Positions 1 to 8,460 are shown, counted from the stretch's first letter. The stretch: 41,518 bases of DNA from a virus (IMGVR_UViG_2802429248_000002); one strand, 5' to 3'. The notes: a model not told the origin generated them from the sequence alone. Numbers and translations are program-made.

Positions 1-516
1 ATGAAATTTAAAAAATGTTTTCTGCCTGTGGCAATTTTAGCGTCATTCACCCTGGCAGGATGCCAGTCAAATGCTGACGACCATGCCGCCGATGTCTATC
101 AAACCGCTCAACTGAATACAAAGCAAGAAACTAAAACCGTTAATATTATCTCCATTCTTCCCGCAAAAGTTGCCGTAGATAACTCACAAAATAAACGGAA
201 TGCGCAAGCCTTTGGCGCACTTATTGGCGCTGTCGCAGGCGGCGTTATCGGCCATAACGTTGGATCTGGTAGTAACTCCGGAACAACGGCTGGTGCAGTT
301 GGTGGCGGAGCTGTAGGCGCGGCAGCGGGTACTATGGTGAATGATAAAACCTTAGTGGAAGGTGTCTCTTTAACTTATAAGGAAGGCACCAAAGTGTACA
401 CCTCCACCCAGGTGGGTAAAGAATGCCAGTTCACAACGGGTTTAGCCGTTGTTATTACCACCACTTATAACGAAACGCGTATTCAGCCAAATACAAAATG
501 TCCTGAAAAGAGCTAA
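1..516 (+). CDS. Glycine-zipper lipoprotein (YcfJ/SlyB-like)
   Basis: ATG at position 1; signal peptide ending in lipobox LAGC; Gly/Ala-rich GxxxG zipper segment (AFGALIGAVAGGVIGHNVGSG...). Probably host-encoded or a terminal moron. Confidence 0.6.
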   Translation: MKFKKCFLPVAILASFTLAGCQSNADDHAADVYQTAQLNTKQETKTVNIISILPAKVAVDNSQNKRNAQAFGALIGAVAGGVIGHNVGSGSNSGTTAGAVGGGAVGAAAGTMVNDKTLVEGVSLTYKEGTKVYTSTQVGKECQFTTGLAVVITTTYNETRIQPNTKCPEKS

Positions 517-531
517 CTATCAGGAGGACTC

Positions 532-1074
532 ATGAAGAAAGTTTTTCTTTGCGCCGCCATATTAGCTGCTGTTAGTAGCCCGGCTTTCGCCTCTTCATTA
601 CAGGATCAACTCTCTGCGGTCGCAGAAGCTGAACAGCAAGGCAAAAATGAAGAACAAAGGCAGCATGACGAATGGGTTGCGGAGCGCAACAGGGAAATCC
701 AGCAAGAGAAGCAACGGCGCGCAAACGCTCAGGCCGCAGCGAATAAAAGAGCGGCAGCAGCAGCAGCGGATAAAAAAGCTCGCCAGGATAAACGGGACGC
801 CGAATTCACTGCGGATAAAAAGCGCGATCAAAGTTATGAAGATGAGCTGCGCAACTTAGAGATTCAGAAGCAAAAACTGGCGCTGGCAAAAGAAGAAGCG
901 CGCGTTAAGCGTGAGAACGAATTTATCGATCAGGAACTGAAACACAAAGCAGCGCAAACCGATGTTGTACAATCTGAAGCTGACGCTAACAGGAATATGA
1001 CTGAAGGTGGTCGTGATTTGATGAAAAGCGTGGGTAAAGCAGAAGAGAATAAATCAGACAGTTGGTTTAATTAA
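532..1074 (+). CDS. Secreted Lys/Glu/Ala-rich coiled-coil protein of unknown function
   Basis: SD-like caggagg just upstream of ATG 532; N-terminal signal peptide (..SSPAFA/SS); highly charged low-complexity body. Confidence 0.5.
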   Translation: MKKVFLCAAILAAVSSPAFASSLQDQLSAVAEAEQQGKNEEQRQHDEWVAERNREIQQEKQRRANAQAAANKRAAAAAADKKARQDKRDAEFTADKKRDQSYEDELRNLEIQKQKLALAKEEARVKRENEFIDQELKHKAAQTDVVQSEADANRNMTEGGRDLMKSVGKAEENKSDSWFN

Positions 1075-1131
1075 TCGTCTTTCCACTACCAGGCCTGTAA
1101 TTCGTGAGGATTATGGGCTTTTTAATTGCAT

Positions 1132-1165
1132 AAAAAACCCTCCAGTGGATGAACAGAGGGTTTTG
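1132..1165. terminator. Bidirectional intrinsic terminator-like hairpin
   Basis: A-run, stem AACCCTC (1136-1142), 13-nt loop, stem GAGGGTT (1156-1162), T-run; lies between the plus-strand secreted-protein genes and the minus-strand lysis cassette. Confidence 0.5.
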
Positions 1166-1349
1166 TTACCAAAATATGCTGAAGCCTCGTACGAATAGAA
1201 AACCTCAGCATTTAGTGTTCGGGTTTATTCCCACTCAATTATTTACGGATACCATAACCAATTGAGTGATAACATTTTTCCAAAGATGAATTTTTCTCGT
1301 ACCGTTTTATATACCGTCACCGGAAATCAGTACCATGAAAAATGCCATG

Positions 1350-1832
1350 CTATCTGGTCAGGGTGTCGTACTGTTTTTCGCAGACTCTTCCGGCTTCGGC
1401 TGCCCGGTCAGCATACTCTGCCAGTTGTCTATTTCTCTCGAGAGATTTGCTGAACACGTCGGCAAGCAAAACTCCGGTGTCTGCGGCTGACGACCCAGCG
1501 CCGACAATGGCGTTATAGTGCCTGAGCTGCTCACGGATGGCAACGAGCTGTTGCTGCAACCGGCCAGCGCGAGCGGCAGCATCAAGAGCATCATTGCGCG
1601 CCTGGTCGATCCTCTGCTGCGCTTCACGTTCATTGATCGATTTCTCCTGTTCGTAGTGCTGACGAATTCTCTCATCTTCGGTTTTGCGGTCTTCTTTCGC
1701 CTGTGCATACCCAGCGTCGTACTGACGACTGCCGTGCACATTCCAGGCAACAACTCCTGATATGACCAGAACAGCAAGCACCGCCATGATAATCAACTGT
1801 TTACGGTATGCTTTTACGAATGACCAGATCAT
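1350..1832 (-). CDS. Rz-like i-spanin
   Basis: 160 aa, N-terminal TM helix then charged coiled-coil; immediately downstream of the endolysin; contains an embedded out-of-frame lipoprotein ORF. Confidence 0.6.
   Translation of the reverse strand: MIWSFVKAYRKQLIIMAVLAVLVISGVVAWNVHGSRQYDAGYAQAKEDRKTEDERIRQHYEQEKSINEREAQQRIDQARNDALDAAARAGRLQQQLVAIREQLRHYNAIVGAGSSAADTGVLLADVFSKSLERNRQLAEYADRAAEAGRVCEKQYDTLTR
1358..1594 (-). CDS. Rz1-like o-spanin lipoprotein, embedded in the Rz reading frame region
   Basis: Alternative frame inside the Rz gene encodes [17 protein letters not shown]... (lipobox LAGC) followed by a Pro-rich short periplasmic segment. Start chosen at the first Met before the signal peptide. 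Confidence 0.5.
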   Translation of the reverse strand: MMLLMLPLALAGCSNSSLPSVSSSGTITPLSALGRQPQTPEFCLPTCSANLSREIDNWQSMLTGQPKPEESAKNSTTP

Positions 1833-2458
1833 ACAGCCAGCACCTTACTGGCAGTGACGTACCGCGCGCGCCGGTCGTCGATGCCATTCCTGCCACCATT
1901 GATAATCAGAGTTACACGTGCAATATCGCCGGTATACTTCATGCAACCTTTGCTGGAGAAGAACCACGCCGCGCTACGAGCCGCGTATTCGTCCTGCGCC
2001 AACAGTTCAGGATTCTCCAGCAGGTCCACTTTCAGGCCGTTTCCGCAATCACGATAGTTATTCAAACCGGTAATCTGGATAAGTCCGCGGCCACGGTAAT
2101 TCCAGCCATCGCCGGGGGCATTGTTCCCCATGCGTTTGCTGTACACCAGATTGGCAATCGCTCGCTGGCGCTCGAGTGGCAATGGTGGTTCACCAGCATG
2201 GCGACCCAGCGCATTAGCCTGCCCCTGAGTGAGACGCCCAGCCCGAACGAAGTTAGCCAGTCCGCTGACACTGTAGTTGAAATTCTCCTGCAACCTGGTG
2301 AAGCCCCCAGACTCATGCCCGACTTGAGCAATAAACATTGCCTGATCTTCTGCTTTGCTGATACCAAACTCTTTCATCGCAGAAGTTATATGCGAGAACC
2401 AGCGTGCGGCCAGCGCCTCGCTAATACCAGCAGCTCGCTGGAATTGTTTAATCTCCAT
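1829..2458 (-). CDS. Endolysin, glycoside hydrolase family 19 (chitinase-like lysozyme)
   Basis: Start taken at MEIKQF (ATG 2458-2456), not the longer track ORF. Motifs [12 protein letters not shown] and [18 protein letters not shown] match GH19 catalytic-region signatures from memory. Confidence 0.75.
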   Translation of the reverse strand: MEIKQFQRAAGISEALAARWFSHITSAMKEFGISKAEDQAMFIAQVGHESGGFTRLQENFNYSVSGLANFVRAGRLTQGQANALGRHAGEPPLPLERQRAIANLVYSKRMGNNAPGDGWNYRGRGLIQITGLNNYRDCGNGLKVDLLENPELLAQDEYAARSAAWFFSSKGCMKYTGDIARVTLIINGGRNGIDDRRARYVTASKVLAV

Positions 2459-2756
2459 GTTTAGACCTCGATATTTTGAAAATCTGAACAACGTTACCGC
2501 GTGTTTTAATAACCGCGGCAAGCATGACAGCGTTGATAATGACCTCAGATAAATCCACAGCCATTGGCGTGCGTAACCAGATTGCATAGACGACACGAAC
2601 AGGAATACTGGCCGCAGCAACAATAAGGAAATAAGCAAGCCACCCTCCCCATCTTCGATGTTGAGAGCCGTTACGCCGGAATGTGACAACGCGAATTGCT
2701 ATGCCAGTACAAATAACTGCATTGGTGATAAGCAAAAAAAACTCATGCGTTACCAT
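2448..2756 (-). CDS. Holin-like small membrane protein
   Basis: 102 aa with 2-3 hydrophobic helices; its stop overlaps the endolysin start; position typical for a holin. Confidence 0.5.
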   Translation of the reverse strand: MVTHEFFLLITNAVICTGIAIRVVTFRRNGSQHRRWGGWLAYFLIVAAASIPVRVVYAIWLRTPMAVDLSEVIINAVMLAAVIKTRGNVVQIFKISRSKHGD

Positions 2757-3147
2757 CGTCTTTTCTCCCCGGAATTAAATCGCGTGGATTGTCTGAACGG
2801 TGGTAGAGCCATATACCAATACGCACAGCGACAATTGCTGACACGAATGCGCCAGCAGAGAAAACAATCCCTTTTTCAAAAGAGTCCTGCGTGATGGTAG
2901 GGATCAGGCTGGCTATGCCGATAAGAATTGATGCTGCTGGTTTGTAGAAAAGAAGTCCACAGAGAAAGCTAAGCATCGATAAGAGTACGCGACGATGAAT
3001 TGGGTACTCTACCGCAGAGGTAACAAAAATTACCGCACCAGCAAGAGCACCGAGCGCCACCTCTGGCGGAACGCCTACGATAACTGCAGCAAGAGAGCTC
3101 ACACTAAGCCATTGATTTAAAGAATCAGTAGTTAGATGGGCTGACAT
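2743..3147 (-). CDS. Multi-pass membrane protein, putative holin/antiholin or lysis accessory
   Basis: Start taken at internal ATG (MSAHL...); the longer track ORF begins with GTG. 3-4 predicted TM segments; overlaps the start of the downstream holin-like gene. Confidence 0.4.
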   Translation of the reverse strand: MSAHLTTDSLNQWLSVSSLAAVIVGVPPEVALGALAGAVIFVTSAVEYPIHRRVLLSMLSFLCGLLFYKPAASILIGIASLIPTITQDSFEKGIVFSAGAFVSAIVAVRIGIWLYHRSDNPRDLIPGRKDDGNA

Positions 3148-3376
3148 AATGAACACCGTTTATTACGCATAACAATCTCCTTACTATTGAAGATTCACAC
3201 ATAATAAACCATTTAAGGATAATAGTTACCTCAAAACGCTGTATTTCTACCTTCTACGGCAATGAAAATTTCGTTCAGAAAATGGTCTAGTGTACCTCTC
3301 AGTCACAATTAAAGAAGAAAGAAGCCGAACTTACTTCGTAATAAGCAAGCCGGCTACTAAGATTAATCCTCAATAT

Positions 3377-6133
3377 TTAGCTACTTTCAAGCATTGCAAG
3401 ACGTGATTCTATTTTTTCGATTCTTCTACGCAAATAAGCTGACTCAAGCCATAAACACTGGTCAGTACGGATACCCCACCTATTTCCAGCCTTGCAAACC
3501 AGAGTTCGCTCTTCTGTTTCGTATTCTTCTTCCATCTCAATTTCGACGCCATCCACAACTTTAGTGATCATCCTTACCGCCATCACTGGCGCGTATTTAT
3601 CATCCCATTCATCGTAACAGAGAAGGCCAAATCTGGTTCCATCAATCCCATGCGCGAGGAAAGTGTCTCTCACTTGTTGTGCTATAACACCAAAATGCCA
3701 GCGGGCACCATCTCCCTTTTCCCTGACGGCATCAAGCCAGCGAAAAGCTACAATCCTGATATCTCCCCATGCATCCAGAATTGCATCACCTTCATAACCA
3801 CGAGACATATACAAGCTGAGCTCACTTGTACTAATCGGTTCACTTTTTTCTCTACCATCTGATGTGTTTATCGAACCGTTCGCAGAATAAACCTGTGCCC
3901 ATCTAAATGATGGTGCACCAAGAGATTTGCTGTTATCAATAATTGGTGAAAAATTACCTTTAATAGCAATATTTCCAGAGTCGCCGAATATATTAATAAC
4001 TGCAGAGTCATCACCATGGTTTTTTACGCTTAAGTTTCTTGATGAAATATTTATATCTTTGTTATATCCACTAACATTAATCCATCTTTTACCATCAATG
4101 TGATACCCGTAAATATTTCCGTTTGATTGTTCGTCAGGTGACTCTCTAAGAACAATAGCATCTACTCCAGACGACCATTGTATTTTTGTATCTGTAGGCC
4201 TCCAGTTCTTTATAATGAACGAACCATCAGTAAACTCCGTTTTTATTTGTCTATTGTCTACAAATGCGTCTCTTGGTTTAAACTCACTTGTGTTAACGCT
4301 GCTCTGAAGATCAGAAGCAAAAAATCTAAGATTTCCTGTATAACCCTTAGTCTCGGTCAGGTTATACGCAATCATAATTCCATTTTCAAACTCAGATGAT
4401 GTTATTTTAACATCACGGCAATCACCAAAAATGCAATTTCCTTTATCAAATGTTGTTTGAGCTTTGAATTTATCAAACCTTAAATTACGAACAGGGAAAC
4501 CATCAACCTCTAATGCAAAGGATGCAGGAAGGCCAAAGTATTCTGATGGCTTACCTGATGTATGATCAAGAGTAGTGGCTACTGTATTCTCAAAAACAGT
4601 CCCGCTAAAATTATTACCAATTGACGGAAACCTGATTACACTTATTGTACCTTGTATTTCAGGAGAAATACCAGATAGTGTGATGTTAGCTCCATCAAAT
4701 GATGCATCTGAATACGTATATACTGATTCACTGCCAGCAATTTTAAACTGTTTAACTGAAGTTATTCTCATCGACTTTTTATGTTTAAATGTCACTGAGC
4801 TTTCAGTATTACTTACAAGATCAATCTGAGGGCTATTCCTTATCGCGATCCCTGACTGGACATAAACGTTATTAAAGTGCGTTTTTTCAGGATTTCCCTT
4901 CATTGAAAGGCTCCCGTCATTTTCTGTCAGTAGTAGTCCTTTTACCCTCCAATAGCCGACAATCTGTACGTTATCAATAACTGAATCACAGCTATCGTAT
5001 ACATGCAACCCTATATCCCAGTCATCACCCAATGAATAAGAATCAGGGTTATTGTATCCTTCAATACCATTTTTACTTACCATTATTCTCAGGTTGCGTA
5101 ACTGTGATGCCCTGTTGATACTAACAGCTACGCTCATGGCTTTTGGTGTAGCAGGAGTAACACCTACAGAATCTTCATTTGTAAACTCAGTGAACTTACA
5201 AGATATCCCTTCAACAATTTTAACTGGTCTTTCATTAGAGATGTTAAAAAAATATTTGTTTTTTTCTCCATCACCAGTAAATACAAGATGGGTTCCTTTA
5301 CTCCAACTTTTTAATAATCTTTCAGGCGCTGGTCTATATGTATCCCAATAATCAATGCCATCACCAATTAAAGACACTCCAGGAGGCACATCTATGTTCT
5401 TAGAAATCATCCATTTACCTGCAGGTATTCTAACGACACTTGCACCAGAATTTATCGCATTAATTAACCATTCAGACGCATCAACTTCAAAATTTAATGC
5501 AGCATATCTTTGCTCAAACGGAACAAAATCAAGAGCGTTAACGTTATCCCGCATCTTATCCTGGAACGTTCGGTATACTGCTCCAGAACCATACTGAATA
5601 AACCAACCAAAACCACCAACAACTCCGGCGATTGCAGCATCAACATAATTGCGCATTGATCGATTATTTACAGCATCCTGCTCAAGTGATGGATCTGCAA
5701 GGTTAGAAATTTTGTTTTGCTTTGCATCGTAATATTTTGCAAGCAAAGATGGTTTCATCAATGCACGTCTGAACCATCCAAAACATTGCTGGATCAGCAT
5801 CGTCAGATAGTCAAAGGCATCTTCATGCACCTCGGGGAAAAATTTTCCCTGATTACGAAGATCAGTCTCCTGCACCACATCAAGCACACGATCTATCGTA
5901 ATTCGCCATCCAGCAGCAAGCGGCGACGGAAGAACAACAGAACCGCCACTATAAGTGCCCGCCCCTGTTACCGTATAACCGGTATCCAGAACCAATTCTG
6001 TTACGTTCCCGTTCAGGTCAGACACCTGAACAACCAGGTCGGATTTTTTGAAAATACGGAAGGTATACGGAAATGATGTCGTAGCTCCGTTACCTGTGTA
6101 TTCGTTGTGGTCAACTTCGGTTGAGACCGTCAT
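3377..6133 (-). CDS. Tailspike protein with C-terminal intramolecular-chaperone-like domain
   Basis: 918 aa. N-terminus MTVSTEVDHNEYTGNG..TSFPYTFRIFKKSDLVV resembles the conserved particle-binding head of epsilon15/phiV10-type tailspikes (memory). Central region is Asn/Ser/Gly-rich as in beta-helix depolymerases. C-terminal ~150 aa (..TSDGREK..) resembles the self-cleaving chaperone domain (peptidase S74-like) of endosialidase-type tailspikes. Confidence 0.8.
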   Translation of the reverse strand: MTVSTEVDHNEYTGNGATTSFPYTFRIFKKSDLVVQVSDLNGNVTELVLDTGYTVTGAGTYSGGSVVLPSPLAAGWRITIDRVLDVVQETDLRNQGKFFPEVHEDAFDYLTMLIQQCFGWFRRALMKPSLLAKYYDAKQNKISNLADPSLEQDAVNNRSMRNYVDAAIAGVVGGFGWFIQYGSGAVYRTFQDKMRDNVNALDFVPFEQRYAALNFEVDASEWLINAINSGASVVRIPAGKWMISKNIDVPPGVSLIGDGIDYWDTYRPAPERLLKSWSKGTHLVFTGDGEKNKYFFNISNERPVKIVEGISCKFTEFTNEDSVGVTPATPKAMSVAVSINRASQLRNLRIMVSKNGIEGYNNPDSYSLGDDWDIGLHVYDSCDSVIDNVQIVGYWRVKGLLLTENDGSLSMKGNPEKTHFNNVYVQSGIAIRNSPQIDLVSNTESSVTFKHKKSMRITSVKQFKIAGSESVYTYSDASFDGANITLSGISPEIQGTISVIRFPSIGNNFSGTVFENTVATTLDHTSGKPSEYFGLPASFALEVDGFPVRNLRFDKFKAQTTFDKGNCIFGDCRDVKITSSEFENGIMIAYNLTETKGYTGNLRFFASDLQSSVNTSEFKPRDAFVDNRQIKTEFTDGSFIIKNWRPTDTKIQWSSGVDAIVLRESPDEQSNGNIYGYHIDGKRWINVSGYNKDINISSRNLSVKNHGDDSAVINIFGDSGNIAIKGNFSPIIDNSKSLGAPSFRWAQVYSANGSINTSDGREKSEPISTSELSLYMSRGYEGDAILDAWGDIRIVAFRWLDAVREKGDGARWHFGVIAQQVRDTFLAHGIDGTRFGLLCYDEWDDKYAPVMAVRMITKVVDGVEIEMEEEYETEERTLVCKAGNRWGIRTDQCLWLESAYLRRRIEKIESRLAMLESS

Positions 6134-6238
6134 GTTAAATCTCCAGATAGTCGCAGCACCCGTTGCGCCGCATATCTGGTTATTCTATTACCTGAAAAAC
6201 CACATATGGATAGAAAGACTGTAAATACGAACAGATAT

Positions 6239-6253
6239 TACCTTTCAGGTGAT
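6239..6253. promoter_or_regulatory. Operator-like palindrome TTACCTTTCAGGTGA (imperfect member of the TTACC-N5-GGTAA family)
   Basis: Lies in the divergent region between the tailspike start (6133) and the LexA-box gene (6329). Confidence 0.45.
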
Positions 6254-6291
6254 TCGCAAAACGTGCTGGATAGCAAACAAATTATTTGATA

Positions 6292-6307
6292 CTGTATAAA
6301 TATACAG
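6292..6307. promoter_or_regulatory. LexA box (SOS box) CTGTATAAATATACAG
   Basis: Perfect CTGT-N8-ACAG with AT-rich spacer, flanked TA..TT (TACTGTATAAATATACAGTT, 6290-6309). Sits 22 bp upstream of ATG 6329 and overlaps a TTGATA -35-like hexamer (6286-6291). Confidence 0.75.
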
Positions 6308-6328
6308 TTATTGCATGGAGAAGATAAG

Positions 6329-6586
6329 ATGCAGCAGTATCACTATCCACTGGAAGACGGATTTACCGAAAGGATTCACACGCCGGGAGGCGTCAGGTCA
6401 CTGGTGGAGGGATCGCACTTGATGAAATTACTCCGGGATCTCGATAAGGATGGATTTAATGTCGATGGCCCACTTGCCGAACTGACTGCACTGATTAACT
6501 ACGTCACCAGCTCACAGATGTCTATGCGGGATCTGCAAACACATCTCGACTATTGTGCCGAACAATTACGAAAACAAACCCGGTAA
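6329..6586 (+). CDS. Small SOS-regulated protein, antirepressor C-terminal-domain-like (Tum/Ant-like candidate)
   Basis: ATG 6329 with GGAG 8 nt upstream; 85 aa. About half its residues match the C-terminal ~80 aa of the Bro-N protein at 7732-8418 (shared LxxDG.DV.G..AELT...........RD.QTH). Confidence 0.6.
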   Translation: MQQYHYPLEDGFTERIHTPGGVRSLVEGSHLMKLLRDLDKDGFNVDGPLAELTALINYVTSSQMSMRDLQTHLDYCAEQLRKQTR

Positions 6587-6608
6587 ATTTAAAGGCCGCA
6601 AGAGCGGC

Positions 6609-7337
6609 CTATCGTTTCGCTTTGTGCTCATCCCAGCACGTTTTGCACCATGCCATTAAGCCGTCCGCATTTTGATTATTAGGGTAAAAGCTGGTTCGTT
6701 TTCTGCGGACATTACAAATTGGGCACCACTTCATATGGCGTGTATTCTTTGGGCCATCGAGACACCTTGCACACCATTTAGTCAATCCATCTGGATTTTT
6801 TGACGATTTCCTGAATTTTTCATATGGAAGGTTTATTCTGCATCGCAAGCACTGCTTGCTACCACTTGAAACTCTGTTAGCTGATTCTTCTTTTGGCGGC
6901 GATACAGAAGGTATTCTTGCTGGCTCTGATATTGCCTGAGGTGCTTTTTTAGATGACTGAGACGATATGTCATCACCAGGGAATCTTCCATGATATGCCG
7001 GACGCGTTGACACTCCAGGTGGAATCTCAGCTGTAAACGGCTTTGGCTGAATCAGTTGCCTCTCTTTTGCTAACTCCTGCTGTTTATAATATGTCTGGAT
7101 TACCGCACTATCATAAGCAGGAGGTGCGGAAATATTAGGCGCATTACCTCCAGTTTTTTGAAACTGAGTAGAGGTGTGTTCTATCACCTGTGTACGATTA
7201 ATCGTTATCTCCCCATCTTCGGTCTTTATCGTTTTGTTATGATTAACGACCGTACGATCAGAGATCTTAGTCTTGTTCTGGTTGATAACGTAAATAATCA
7301 CCGCAACCACACCAACAACTATCCAGAAAACTTCCAT
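6609..7337 (-). CDS. Membrane-anchored protein with tandem Cys-rich (zinc-ribbon-like) C-terminal repeats, unknown function
   Basis: 242 aa. N-terminal TM helix (EVFWIVVGVVAVIIYVI), Pro/Ser-rich linker, then two repeats of CxxC..(F/Y)..DGL..WCxxC. Operator palindrome about 20 bp upstream of the start codon. Confidence 0.55.
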   Translation of the reverse strand: MEVFWIVVGVVAVIIYVINQNKTKISDRTVVNHNKTIKTEDGEITINRTQVIEHTSTQFQKTGGNAPNISAPPAYDSAVIQTYYKQQELAKERQLIQPKPFTAEIPPGVSTRPAYHGRFPGDDISSQSSKKAPQAISEPARIPSVSPPKEESANRVSSGSKQCLRCRINLPYEKFRKSSKNPDGLTKWCARCLDGPKNTRHMKWCPICNVRRKRTSFYPNNQNADGLMAWCKTCWDEHKAKR

Positions 7338-7357
7338 TGCTTTTCCTCACAATAACA

Positions 7358-7465
7358 TTACCTTAAAGGTAATATCTTGCTTTCAGGTGATCAAGCGTTA
7401 AACGCAATCAACCAAATACGGTTGATTTTAATGTTTCTTCGCGCTTATCATTACCTTTACGGTAA
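7358..7465. promoter_or_regulatory. Two operator palindromes (TTACCTTAAAGGTAA 7358-7372; TTACCTTTACGGTAA 7451-7465) in the divergent region between 6609-7337 and 7732-8418
   Basis: On the minus strand TTGATC-17 bp-TACCTT precedes the first palindrome, giving a promoter whose -10 is overlapped by the operator. A TTGATT (7422-7427)-17 bp-TTATCA (7445-7450) plus-strand promoter abuts the second palindrome. Confidence 0.5.
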
Positions 7466-7558
7466 ATTTACATAGCACTCCTCTTGTGCCATAGTAATCG
7501 GGCACTGGCAAAATCCAGTGCCGGGATTGGCGTCCCGGATTACTACAGAGGCACATAT

Positions 7559-7578
7559 GCCGCATAAGCGGTTTTTTT
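7559..7578 (+). terminator. Short intrinsic terminator/attenuator-like hairpin in the leader of the Bro-N gene
   Basis: Stem GCCGC (7559-7563), loop ATAA, GCGG, then seven T (7572-7578); preceded by an 8-bp stem hairpin GGCACTGG-CAAAAT-CCAGTGCC (7501-7522). Confidence 0.4.
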
Positions 7579-7731
7579 ATGTGTAAAGCGCACCTATTCT
7601 ATGGTGGGCTGTGTGGGGGCACCGAAAGGTGCGCCGGGTCCTTTGTAGCCGGTTACGCCAACCCTGCACAGTTCACCACCAACCGATTGGCGTCGGTAGT
7701 GGTGATTAACCTAACTACAAAGGTGATCACT

Positions 7732-8418
7732 ATGACTGCTAACGTAACCCCATCTGTTTTTCATTTTGAATCAGAAGCAACCATTCGAGCCATTGTTATT
7801 GATGGAAATCCTTGGTTTGTTGCCAAAGACGTTATTAAAGCTCTTCAACTGACAAACCCCACTATGTCAATAAAATCTCTTGATGATGATGAAAGGGCTA
7901 AATTTAACTTAGGCCGTCAAGGCGAAACCAATATTATCAACGAGTCAGGCCTCTACACACTGATCCTCCGCTGCCGCGATGCGGTGACACCAGGCACTAT
8001 CCCATACCGCTTTCGTAAATGGGTTACAGGTGAGGTTCTTCCTCAGATCCGCCGCACCGGAAGTTACATTAAAAACTCGCTCCCGCAAGAAGAACGCATA
8101 AAGATGGTTGCCGACCAGGTAGCCAACGCCACAGCATCAGCAGTGATGCAGGCAATGAAGATAGAGAACAAAACCTACAGCGCCCCACTAAAGCCCGGCT
8201 ACCGCAGTCTGATTCACTCGCCGTCTGGTGTTCTCGGCCTGACGGAGAACTCACTGCTGATGAATCTGCTGAACCAGTTACAGGACGACGGGCACGACGT
8301 ATCGGGCGCGGCGGCGGAGTTGACCACCATGTTCTGCTACATCGTCGGTGTGAACAAATGCCTGCGTGATATCCAGACGCACGCGGAGTACATCAACGAC
8401 AAAGCAGGGTTCTTCTGA
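7732..8418 (+). CDS. Bro-N domain protein with antirepressor-like C-terminal domain
   Basis: Start taken at MTANVT (ATG 7732, aaaggtga upstream); the longer track ORF begins in a structured leader. N-terminus (FHFESEATIRAIVIDGNPWFVAKDVIKALQLTNP) matches the Bro-N signature; C-terminus is paralogous to the 6329-6586 protein. Confidence 0.7.
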   Translation: MTANVTPSVFHFESEATIRAIVIDGNPWFVAKDVIKALQLTNPTMSIKSLDDDERAKFNLGRQGETNIINESGLYTLILRCRDAVTPGTIPYRFRKWVTGEVLPQIRRTGSYIKNSLPQEERIKMVADQVANATASAVMQAMKIENKTYSAPLKPGYRSLIHSPSGVLGLTENSLLMNLLNQLQDDGHDVSGAAAELTTMFCYIVGVNKCLRDIQTHAEYINDKAGFF

Positions 8419-8434
8419 CGGGCGGTGGCATTCG

Positions 8435-8460
8435 TTAAAACAAGGCCGCTTTTGCGGCCT
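8435..8460 (-). terminator. Intrinsic terminator at the 3' end of the minus-strand virion operon
   Basis: GGCCGC-TTTT-GCGGCC hairpin (8444-8459) followed on the minus strand by TTGTTTTAA; lies just after the lipoprotein gene stop (8476). Confidence 0.55.

Noticed and set aside
598-859. Overlapping track ORFs 598-831 (-) and 647-859 (+) inside the 532-1074 gene
   Set aside because: Both are alternative frames of a low-complexity Ala/Lys/Gln-rich coding region (poly-Cys and poly-Gln artefacts) with no start-site support.
1262-1453. Plus-strand 63-aa ORF at the left prophage edge
   Set aside because: Overlaps the Rz/Rz1 genes on the opposite strand, has no RBS and unremarkable sequence; likely spurious.
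5415-5428. TTACCTGCAGGTAT palindrome inside the tailspike gene
   Set aside because: Spacing is N4, not N5, and it is inside coding sequence; probably chance, not a member of the operator family.
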